DNA from: Rhynchopus sp. YZ270_cl-10
Taxonomy: Eukaryota
NCBI GenBank assembly: GCA_964035575.1
Contig: OZ037841.1
Location: forward strand, 1,674,001 to 1,738,000
DNA: 64,000 bases
Direction: 5' to 3'
Position 1 is the stretch's first letter. Each line of letters opens with the position of its first letter. Below the pieces are notes generated by a model. That model did not search any database, was not told the DNA's origin, and worked only from the letters and a program-made list of their open reading frames with translations. Shown piece by piece: positions 1 to 9,599 of this stretch. The translations under genes and the position numbers were made by a program.

Positions 1-1587
1 ATTGCCGCTCAGTTATTGGAAGGGCTTGCACCTGGGGTGCAGAAACACCTTGGGTTGCAGAGGTTTTGTGCAGCCTTTGATGAAGCATTTGGGGCAGGGA
101 AGGTGGGTCTGGCGTTCTCATGGGGGCGTATCGTTGTGGATGAATTCTTGCAGTTGAGCGGGCCTCAGAAGCATATTGTGAGGCGTTTACGTGGTGACGC
201 TGCTACATGGCTTCTTTCTGCCTCAATGGACACTCGAAACGGCAATGTTACTGCAAAGGTCAATACCGCCGCATCGCTTTTAGGTGCACACATCGGAACA
301 GACCTCGGCCTCTCGAGAGACAAAGCGAACACCGCAAACACCCTCCCCCGCGCAGTTTCCGCCGTCTTCCGATCATTTCTCCGAGACAGACAAAACCTCT
401 TTATCACCACCTTCCTTCGCAGTGCGAGCGCTCAGTGCGCAGCAGAGCTCACCCACATTAAAACACCATTGAACTTACCTAATGCAGCGCTGGCAGTTTT
501 AATGGAAATATATGCGTCTGGTGTGTCAAAGAGTGGGACACTGAAGCATACGTTTTGCCTCCCACGCACGCAGGGAGGGTTTCGGACGTTGGAAGAGCTG
601 GCACAACAGCGTCGTGGTGAGTGCGCGACGTACAAGAAAAAGATTGGGTCGCGCCTTGAGAGAATCATTTGGGGGGTAGCGGACCTTGCGAAGCAACGTG
701 GTGCGGACCCGATGGAGGTGAAGGTGTTGCGTTTGGACATCACATTGTTGAGCACCGTCGGCGATGCTGAGGCTGGCAGGCACATTGAGGAGATGACGTC
801 CTCCGCTTCCGATCGTGTTGCAACCGCTCATCGCAAACCTTACCTTGCGCCGCGTGGTGAGTATCGCGACCTCATCGGATCACTGCGTACGGTTGCAAAC
901 AAATGCGCTTCATATACACAACGACTTCGCTCTCTTCGTCTGATCCTTGCAATTCTCGGGGAGGGAGATAACAAATGCGACTGCTGCGGGCATTCTGTTC
1001 ACCACAACGACAAAGTGGTCTCACCCCTCTGCGGGCACAGTGGCATCACTGCGCACTTCACCGACGAATCGCTCTCTCTCTTTGCTGAAGACGACATCCC
1101 AAAATGCCCTGTCGAAGGCTGCACCGCGTTTCTCCATGCGGGGATGTGTTTCGCTGCAATGCCTGCAGCAGCAGACAGGCCCGTTGTGGACGACCCTCTG
1201 GCAACAGTAGCACAGAAGGTGGTTGACGTCGGGGAAGGTGTGGTGGTGGTGGCACAGAACGCAGCTACGTTGGCGAGCTTTGGCGAAGAGCTGGCGAAGT
1301 GTGGTGTGCATGGGGTGATGAGTGGAGGAGAAGGTGGTGGCGACGCAGTGCACCTTCTTCTGGCGCACGAGATGTATGGGCTTAACCTCGACACAGTGCG
1401 CAACATCGCGTTCTTGCACCCCCTCAGTGCAGCAACAGAGGACGCAAGAGATGCACTCTTTGCTCGTTGCGTCGCATGTGTGCACCGCCGTTCGCAACAA
1501 CGTCCTGTCCGCGTCTACCACTTCCCAATCTATAACACACCCGAAATGCAGATAAAATATGAGTGCAATAAAATAGGGGGTGCATAA
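1..1587 (+). CDS. C-terminal part of a SNF2-family helicase-like protein with RING-like finger (DNMT5/Rad5-type architecture); 5' end lies outside the window
   Basis: Frame is open from base 1. It contains WGRIVVDEF (motif II-like), WLLSAS (motif III-like), a Cys-rich CDCC...LCGH...CPVEGC RING-like cluster, and a helicase-C-like segment GLNL...FLHPL...HRRSQQRPVRVYHF. Confidence 0.65.
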   Translation: MAAQLLEGLAPGVQKHLGLQRFCAAFDEAFGAGKVGLAFSWGRIVVDEFLQLSGPQKHIVRRLRGDAATWLLSASMDTRNGNVTAKVNTAASLLGAHIGTDLGLSRDKANTANTLPRAVSAVFRSFLRDRQNLFITTFLRSASAQCAAELTHIKTPLNLPNAALAVLMEIYASGVSKSGTLKHTFCLPRTQGGFRTLEELAQQRRGECATYKKKIGSRLERIIWGVADLAKQRGADPMEVKVLRLDITLLSTVGDAEAGRHIEEMTSSASDRVATAHRKPYLAPRGEYRDLIGSLRTVANKCASYTQRLRSLRLILAILGEGDNKCDCCGHSVHHNDKVVSPLCGHSGITAHFTDESLSLFAEDDIPKCPVEGCTAFLHAGMCFAAMPAAADRPVVDDPLATVAQKVVDVGEGVVVVAQNAATLASFGEELAKCGVHGVMSGGEGGGDAVHLLLAHEMYGLNLDTVRNIAFLHPLSAATEDARDALFARCVACVHRRSQQRPVRVYHFPIYNTPEMQIKYECNKIGGA

Positions 1588-2363
1588 GGGGGTAGGGTTT
1601 GAGAAGATATCTTTGATCCAAATGTGGGATTATCAATTCTTTCTGCGGGGTCCTTTGCACTGTCACAAGAGGGCTTTATATTCATATTTGTATTAGGGTA
1701 AGTACTTTGTGGTGGGAATGATTCAAATGTCTGAGACTTTTTGCTTATTCCTCCCTCTATTGTGCACTCACACATTTCTCTGCCTCTGCACTTCAGGCTA
1801 AGGGTTTTTTTTTTCCTTTTTGCCATCCACTTCTGGGCGTTTTGAAAGAAATGACGTGGGTTGCGTACCAACTAAATATGAGGAAGAACGAGGTTTTATC
1901 CCCAACAATAAAATAGTTTTGGACTGACGGTGTGTTTCTCCGTCACATTGTTTTCTAGATTTGTTTTTTTTCACTTTTTTTTTTTTAGATGTGTATGCAC
2001 GTGAGGCATATTCATCTGACAACTTTTTTTTAGATAGCCAAGTTTCAAACCCCAGCGTGTTCCCATTATACTCGGCAGTATTACAATGTACACGTGAGGT
2101 ATTCAAACGGGTCTTTTTAATTTTTCTTCCTGGTGAGAATAGATGCCTGCGTCGGCCGCTGTCCGGTGAGGACGTTTGCATGCGACAACTTCTCTCTCTT
2201 TGGATTTAAAGGGGTGTATAGACCTTTCTGCATCCGTTAGAAGGATGACTGCAAAGGCGCAGATAAAGAACATCCCTTACCCTCATTGTTTATTACCAAT
2301 GTTCCTTCCCTTCGCAGAGCGAGGACGTCTTGTTACACTCCACGTCAGGTCGATACAAAAAAT

Positions 2364-3356
2364 ATGGAAGTCTCCGTGAAAGGCTTGGTCAACAAGAAGT
2401 ACGTGGTCGAGGTGGGTGAGGATGACACAGTGGCGACCCTGCGGCAGAAGGTGGCATCAACAGTGGGTCTGAGTGAGGACAGCTTTCGCATGGGCTTCGA
2501 AGGGAAGGAGGAAGGCGAGGACGTTAAGCAACTGAGTGCTGGGGACACAATCGTGCTGACGAAGTCGAAGATTTTCGAAGAGCTGCAATCTTTGAGTGAG
2601 GCGGGCATGACAGAGAGGTTGGAGCAGGTGCGCGATCCTGAGGTGGCGTCTTTGCTTCTTCGGGTGCAGGTTGTGGCTGCGATTCCAAATAAGTTCTTGT
2701 CGGGGGTATCCTTAACAAGGCTTGACATCAGTGCTGCGTCAGGTGTGACAAAGGTAGGGGATGCCTTCCTATACAACTGCCGAGCCTTGGAGAGCATTGA
2801 TGTGTCTGGGTTGAGCAGTGTCACGCAGATAGGTGACGGCTTTCTGTGCAACTGCATCACTCTGACAGAACTCGACCTGTCACCTTTGATCAGGGTTGCG
2901 GAGATTGGCGAATCTTTTCTCTGCCACTGCTTCCATTTGACAGCACTCCACTTGCCACCACTTAACACTGTTACACAGGTCCCTGCCTATTTTCTCGCTG
3001 GCTGCGAACACTTAACTGCATTAGACTTGTCGATGCTGAGCAGCGCCACGCACATTGGTGACTGCTTTCTGACCAGATGCAAAAACCTGACAGCACTAGA
3101 CTTGGCACCACTCTGCAATGTTACGCATATTGAGAACGACTTTCTTCACAGCTGCGTAACCTTAACGACACTGGATTTGTCACCTCTGGGCAGGGTTACG
3201 TCCATAGGGAGCCGATTTGGATCGCAATGGAAATTTGTTAAAGGCTGCGTGTCGTTGACGAGCGTCTACCTCTCCGGCTGCAGCGACGTTGTGTCGAGCA
3301 CCGTGCGAAAGGGTGAACTGAAGGATCTTGTGGTGGAAGTTACGTCCGAAACTTAG
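2364..3356 (+). CDS. Ubiquitin-like domain plus leucine-rich repeat protein
   Basis: ATG at 2364. N-terminus MEVSVKGLVNKKYVVEVGEDDTVATLRQKV resembles a ubiquitin fold, followed by about 8 LRRs of type IGDGFLxxCxxLxxLDLSxLxxVT. Confidence 0.85.
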   Translation: MEVSVKGLVNKKYVVEVGEDDTVATLRQKVASTVGLSEDSFRMGFEGKEEGEDVKQLSAGDTIVLTKSKIFEELQSLSEAGMTERLEQVRDPEVASLLLRVQVVAAIPNKFLSGVSLTRLDISAASGVTKVGDAFLYNCRALESIDVSGLSSVTQIGDGFLCNCITLTELDLSPLIRVAEIGESFLCHCFHLTALHLPPLNTVTQVPAYFLAGCEHLTALDLSMLSSATHIGDCFLTRCKNLTALDLAPLCNVTHIENDFLHSCVTLTTLDLSPLGRVTSIGSRFGSQWKFVKGCVSLTSVYLSGCSDVVSSTVRKGELKDLVVEVTSET

Positions 3357-3966
3357 ACACTCCGCAGCCAACAGACCTGCCATGACGATGTCGGCTCGCA
3401 TCTCTTGATGGGTATACTGCACCATAGCGTCAGTGCAGCGTCTTCTTCTTCTTCTTCTTACGAGACTGTACCGTGGCTTAGTGTTGCCTCCTGCAAGACT
3501 TTACAGGTTTCTTAAGCTGAACACTAAGCACTAAGCGCGCGAGGCTCAGGGTCATTACCAACTTTTCTTTCCACTCTCTGAGCTCGCAACCCAATGCAGG
3601 TGACCTGTGTGAGCCTGCTAAGGTGTTTGCATCAGTTGTACTCTTGCGCAACTGGGGTGGGCTTACCTTTGCGTTTCCCGTTTGCCTCTTTCCCTTGGAT
3701 GGTTTTGTTGCCTTTCTCTAGAATGGATATGTGCAGCTAGAGGCGCATCTTTCTTCTTTCGTTAGCGGTAATGACCGCCGCAACCACGCCAAAGGGCTTG
3801 GGTGTTATAGCCTGTGTATTGACTACCTTACTTCAAGGAAGTCAGAGGCCCTTTCACGATTTCATTCATTTGATTGACAAAACATAGATCCCCCTCATTT
3901 TTTTGCCACAGTTTTTGCCCCTCCCTCTATATCGGCACCACCAACAGACGTACATTTCTCACATCA

Positions 3967-5511
3967 ATGTCAGTTGTGCAAAACGGGATGTCGTTGCAGT
4001 GTCCATACCACCCAAACCTAGAGCTGAGCCTTGTGTGCGAAGATCTTGAGTGTTCAGATGCGTTCATCTGCACGGACTGCGCCAGGACCAAGCATGCGGG
4101 ACACAGGACCATCGCCATGACGGTTTTTGCAGAACGACAGCGCATCGCTGTCCGCTCCCACCAGGCATGCCTCACTGCACAGCGGGCTGCTGCACGGGAG
4201 AAGTGCCGTGTGCTTGAGGTGAAGCTGGCTGCAATGCAGGAGTTGTGCGCGAAGTATGGAGACGACCACCAGCTCAGTATGTTGATGCCGATGCCGATTC
4301 CGATACCGTTCGATGTAAACCCTGTGCAAACCAGTGGGAACGAGAAGCAGGTTGCCATCGACGCACTTCAAACAATGGGCGAGACCGAGCTTACAGCAGA
4401 ACGGTTGGAGACGGCATCACCGGAGGTTGCTTGTTTGCTTCTGCGTGCGGGCGTTACGAATTCGATTCCACCCAGGTTCTTGACAGGGCAACCGCTCAGG
4501 CGAGTAGATCTCAGTTTTGTGCCAGAGGTGACTCACATAGACCGGATGTTTCTACAGAAGTGCAACTACCTGACTGGGATCAATCTGTCTGGACTGACGA
4601 ATGTCACCACAATTATGGAAGGCTTCCTCGTGCAGTGCAGTGCACTATCAGAGGTCGATCTCTCCCCCCTGTCCAATGTCACTGCAGTGGGGAATGGCTG
4701 CCTCATGCGGTGCAAATCGCTGTCCAGCGTCAATCTCTCTGGGATGTCCAGCGTCGCGACCTTTGGGAATCTGCTGTTGGCGGAGTGCACATCACTGACT
4801 GAGGTCAACCTCTCTGGCCTGTCTAGGACCACAACGATCGGGAAGTGCTTTCTCGCCGAGTGCACAGCGCTGCGCAACATCGATCTCTCAGGCCTGATCA
4901 ACGTCACCTCCATCGGGGACGGCTTTCTCCAGAGGTGTACAGCGCTGCGTGAAGTCGATCTCTCTAGCCTGGCCAGCGTCACCCACACGGGAGTTGGCTT
5001 TCTCTCAGAATGCACAGCACTAACCGAGCTTGATCTGTCTGGCATGTCCAGTGTCACCACCATTGAGGATGGATTCCTGAGACACTGCACCTCGCTACGT
5101 GAAGTGGATCTCTGTGGCATGATGAGCACGACGACGATAGGAAACGGCTTTCTCGCGCACTGCACAGCACTACCCAGGCTCAACCTCTGCGGCCTGTCCG
5201 GCGTCACCTCCATAGGAGAGAACTTCCTCCACCAGTGCACATCCCTCACAGACCTCAACCTCTCCGACCTCTCCAGCGTCACCACCATCGGCGATGGCTT
5301 CCTGAAGCAGTGTCTCGCACTACCCGAGCTCGATCTTTCTGGCCTCGTCAGCGTCACCACAATAGAGGGCAGCTTCCTCGCAGACTGCAGAAAGCTGTCG
5401 GAGCTCGACGTCTCTGTCCTGTCCAGCGTCACGTCCATAGGAGAAGGGTTTCTTGTGGGCTGCACCGTGAAGGTAGATAAGTCTGACATTCCCAAACTGA
5501 ATCGTTCGTAA
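3967..5511 (+). CDS. B-box zinc finger plus leucine-rich repeat protein
   Basis: CPYH...VCEDLEC...ICTDCARTKHAGH B-box, a short coiled segment, then about 13 25-aa LRRs of the same type as the upstream gene. Confidence 0.88.
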   Translation: MSVVQNGMSLQCPYHPNLELSLVCEDLECSDAFICTDCARTKHAGHRTIAMTVFAERQRIAVRSHQACLTAQRAAAREKCRVLEVKLAAMQELCAKYGDDHQLSMLMPMPIPIPFDVNPVQTSGNEKQVAIDALQTMGETELTAERLETASPEVACLLLRAGVTNSIPPRFLTGQPLRRVDLSFVPEVTHIDRMFLQKCNYLTGINLSGLTNVTTIMEGFLVQCSALSEVDLSPLSNVTAVGNGCLMRCKSLSSVNLSGMSSVATFGNLLLAECTSLTEVNLSGLSRTTTIGKCFLAECTALRNIDLSGLINVTSIGDGFLQRCTALREVDLSSLASVTHTGVGFLSECTALTELDLSGMSSVTTIEDGFLRHCTSLREVDLCGMMSTTTIGNGFLAHCTALPRLNLCGLSGVTSIGENFLHQCTSLTDLNLSDLSSVTTIGDGFLKQCLALPELDLSGLVSVTTIEGSFLADCRKLSELDVSVLSSVTSIGEGFLVGCTVKVDKSDIPKLNRS

Positions 5512-6116
5512 CTACAACACTGCGCAGCAGAACAGCAAAGCGAACACAGATACGCAGAACGCAGCGTAGGTTACAAAGGGACGCGAAGGGTCTGATGATA
5601 TTGATGTGATGCACAACCCACTAGCGTGGGACAGCAAGGCAGCCGTGCTAGCCGATAGCCGAGTACGCTACGACGACGCTGACGGCATCGAACTATGAGT
5701 ACTGAACAATTGATACTAAAAAAAAGGAGCGGAAGTCACGTGAAGAAATGCAAATCCCAAGAGTGTAGCCGGGTCGTGCTAGACGACAACAATCTGAAGC
5801 AGGAAAAAATATAAAAAAATATACAAAACGAAGGTGGCTTTTTTTGTGCCACGCCAGGTAGCATCATTTCAACGGTCTCTCTCACAACCCTCCCCACCTT
5901 TTTCCCCCTTCAGCATACTCCCTCATCTTTCCGAAGCTGTACTTCTTTTTGTGACGGAGTTACACCCTTCCGGGTGGTCGGAGTCTTGTGGTGCCACTCT
6001 GCCACTCTGTGGGCGAAGCCGCTTTTCGTCTCTGATGTGCAAGGTGTCAACTATTTATGTACAACTGTTCCCAAGATAAACTGCCGGGAGAAAAACCCCC
6101 GCCACATTCCACACAC

Positions 6117-6336
6117 GACGGTGAAGTAACTCACTTGTAACCCACTTGTAACGTTACAAGTGGGTTACATGGCACCAAAAACCACTGAACTTCACCTAAT
6201 TTCAGGCAAAATCAGGTGGTGGTGGTACACGTAACTTACATGTGGTACATGTAACTCACTTGTAACCCACTTGTACCGGTTTTTCACTCGTAACGTTACG
6301 AGTAACTTCACTTGTATTGTAACATACTTCATCGTC
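6117..6336. mobile_element. Small MITE-like palindromic element
   Basis: Ends GACGGTGAAGTA / TACTTCATCGTC form an imperfect inverted repeat. Internal GTAACCCACTTGTAAC units occur in both orientations. Confidence 0.45.
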
Positions 6337-6418
6337 AGGTGTTCTCCCCCCTCCCCCCTCTCCTCCTCCTCCTCCTCTTCCCTCTTGAACACAGTACTTA
6401 GGTTTTCTTTCCCTTCTT

Positions 6419-8634
6419 ATGGCGATAAAGCGCATCCGCAAGGAAATGTTGGAATTAGCTGAGTCACCGGACCACAGCTTCTGTTTGACGCAGGTAGACG
6501 ACACAGATATGTTCCACTGGGTGGCGACTGTGATGGGGCCCGAAGGATCGCCGTACGATGGTGGGCTCTTCCTCCTCGACATCCGCTTTCCAACTGACTA
6601 CCCGTTCAAGCCACCAAAGGTCCAGTTCACAACACCCGTGTTCCATCCGTGTGTCACAACACATGGATATGTGTGTCTTCACGATGACATTCTCGGCTCC
6701 AGGTGGTATGAAAATGAGTTAGGGCATGGCAAGTATTTCTATTGTTTCGCGTCCTGCGTGCGTACAGATTTTTGAGAATTGGGAAAAAAAAACTAGTCCG
6801 AAAAAAAACTAGTTTAGGGTTACCTCTAGAGGTACTCGACTTGGTGGCGTGGTCGGTGCCCGACCGCAAACAAAAATGGGGTGGCGACGGGGGGTGCGCC
6901 GCAAAAAACACAAAAAAAAAAAAAAACCTGGACCACAAAAAATCACAAAAAATCACATTTCACTGTACATTGACCCGTCACCAGCGTTCGACAATACGTA
7001 CTGATACGTATCAGTACGCGTACGTGGGGGGTATTTCTGGAAATACGTGACTTTATTTTTTCTCCTCTGAGATGGTGTGAACCGTTGTACGCGGTACAAC
7101 CGCGGGAGACATACGGGCGAACCACGGGGAATCTGGAGGGGGTACCCCTTTTTATTTTTATTTTTCCCGTTTTTTGGTGTTTACTCTCACGGTGGTAAGG
7201 GTCACACAGAGTCACGGTTCTAACCGAGCGGGGTCGCAAAATTTTCTAATGCGCTGAATTATCCCAAAAAAGTGGTTTTCTCGGGGGAAATTTTTTTTCA
7301 ACCCCTACAGACTGTACTGTACTGTACTTGTACTGTACTTGTACTGTACTGTACTGTACTGTACTGTACTGTACTGTACTGTACTGTACTGTACTGTACT
7401 GTACTGTACTGTACTGTACTGTACTGTACTGTACTGTACTGTACTGTACTGTACTGTACTGTACTGTACTGTACTGTACTGTACTGTACTGTACTGTACT
7501 GTACTGTACTGTACTGTACTGTACTGTACTGTACTGTACTGTACTGTACTGTACTGTACTGTACTGTACTGTACTGTACTGTACTGTACTGTACTGTACT
7601 GTACTGTACTGTACTGTACTGTACTGTACTGTACTGTACTGTACTGTACTGTACTGTACTGTACTGTACTGTACTGTACTGTACTGTACTGTACTGTACT
7701 GTACTGTACTGTACTGTACTGTACTGTACTGTACTGTACTGTACTGTACTGTACTGTACTGTACTGTACTGTACTGTACTGTACTGTACTGTACTGTACT
7801 GTACTGTACTGTACTGTACTGTACTGTACTGTACTGTACTGTACTGTACTGTACTGTACAGTGAATTTTTCTATAGGTCAACAACTTGGCCATTTCTGCA
7901 AAATGACCCCACCACTTCCTGGGATTGGCTCAAAAATGCAAATGCCAGCGTTTTCCTTCACATGATATTGTTACTGTTGAAGTTTGGGGGCGGGGTTTTT
8001 CCCGAACAAGGCTAGTAGTTTTTTTTACTAGCTAGTTTTTTTTTGCGTGCGTGCGTACAGATTTGGGATGGAGTGGGGGACGCGAAACAATAAAAACACT
8101 TGCCATGCCCTTCGTGTTTTCCTGATGAAGTGAAAGCTCAATACAAATCTTGTGAAAACAGGGAGGCTGGCTTCGCCAGGAACCTTTGGGTGCCATGGGT
8201 GCTGTCTCTTTTTGTAAATGTACTGAGGTTGCTGATACTTTTGTTTATTCTGTTTTACACACAGGTCCCCTGCACACTTCCTGAGAAGGATTCTGTTTCT
8301 TGTTGTGGATATGCTTCGCTGCTGGGACGAAGCGGATGCTTCGTTCAATCACGAAGCTTGCCAGATGGTAGTACGTAAGGTATGTTGGGGTTCAGAAAAA
8401 ACTAGGCATTCTGGGTCTGGGGTTGGCACGAGCCTTATCGAACGGGTTGACATGACTCTCGCCATCTTTATTGAGTTCACATGAAGAGTTACTCACGATA
8501 TCCCATCTGGTTTGAAGAACTTATCTCCCCTTCTATCTAAGGAGGTCCTTAGGATTATCTTACACTTATCTTTGCAGGACTTGGACGCTTTTCAACGCAA
8601 AGCACGGCAAATGACTATGGAACATGCGATGTGA
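6419..8634 (+). CDS. Ubiquitin-conjugating enzyme E2 (Ubc4/5-like), 3 exons: 6419-6705, 8265-8379, 8578-8634; 152 aa
   Basis: Exon 1 reads MAIKRIRKE...GPEGSPYDGG...FPTDYPFKPPKVQF...VCL. GT-AG splicing restores RWSPA...MVVRK|DLDAFQRKARQMTMEHAM*, matching the E2 C-terminus and typical length. Confidence 0.9.
6772..8047. mobile_element. Insertion in E2 intron 1 flanked by a 17-bp direct repeat, carrying the GTACT satellite
   Basis: TGCGTGCGTACAGATTT occurs at 6755-6771 and 8048-8064. Imperfect inverted (A)nCTAG / CTAG(T)n blocks lie near both ends. Confidence 0.6.
7311..7860. repeat. (GTACT)n microsatellite, about 105-110 units
   Basis: Essentially perfect pentamer array, read directly. Confidence 0.98.
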
Positions 8635-9599
8635 GCGACAGCGGCCGATACTTCCTTACTGCATACTCACGGCGACCTGAGTGGAGGACACGAGCGACGT
8701 GTTCACCTGCCGTGCCGGCTTCTTTCCATGGATCCGAGAGATGATTGCGAAGTAAAACGCAGTCTTTTCTTGCCCTGCGTGTCATTGTAAGGTGTGTGAA
8801 GGTGGAGAATAGGCATAATGAGGCAAGGCAAAGGGGTGGATCATGTCAAGGTGTAGGCTATGCAAATGAGAGGCTATGATCCGTATCATCTTGTCAACTC
8901 TGTTGTGTTGACAAAAAAAAACCCCAGTAGTTGCTATTGGAAAAAAAAGGAGTGTTCTGTGGATATGGAGGCTCGAAGGCGCGGCGTGTTCCAGCTCATA
9001 GTCGTCTACAGGCTCCCACTCATCGTCGTCGGAGCAGTGCGGAAGGAACACAGAATAGACAGATGAAAACTCGCCATAGATTACACCAGACACATCAGCA
9101 CCACCCATCAAAGCGCTAGGATGCTACGGTGGTTTCGAAAAATACAAATACAAAACAAGACCCAAATCTATCCTCGCGTCTTACCATGTCTTATTCAACG
9201 CGTCTTAAGCTTTCTTTTTGGTGATACCAATCACCAGAGCCGCTTGGGCCATCCCCACCCATCTCTCCTTTCTTTCGTTTTCAGCAAAACCCAGGCCATT
9301 CATAACTATCCCCAACCTTAGGGGTAGATTGAGTGCAAAAGAACTGACCTCTTGGGGTGAGTATTATCGATGTAAAACATCCAAACAAAAAAAAACTTTT
9401 CTAGCCTCGGGGATCCCTCGTATTCGCGCATTTTTTTTTCAAAATTAAAAACACCCTTTCCCCCCCAATGCAAATTTCCTTCAAGCCCTCCGTTTTCCCA
9501 ACCTATTCCACAGCACACAGACAAAAGGACCCATCCGAACCGTTTGTAATACCCCCCTCTTTTTGTACAAATGTTGTAGTGCAGAAAACCGAAAAAAAA

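Noticed and set aside
4566..5495. 309-aa antisense ORF over the LRR gene
   Set aside because: Shadow of the repetitive GC-rich sense CDS.
6706..6775. Unspliced E2 C-terminus in the ORF track
   Set aside because: Intron read-through; the spliced model restores the conserved E2 end.
7246..8015. ORFs reading YCTVL/STVQY
   Set aside because: They are translations of the stop-free GTACT satellite inside an intron.
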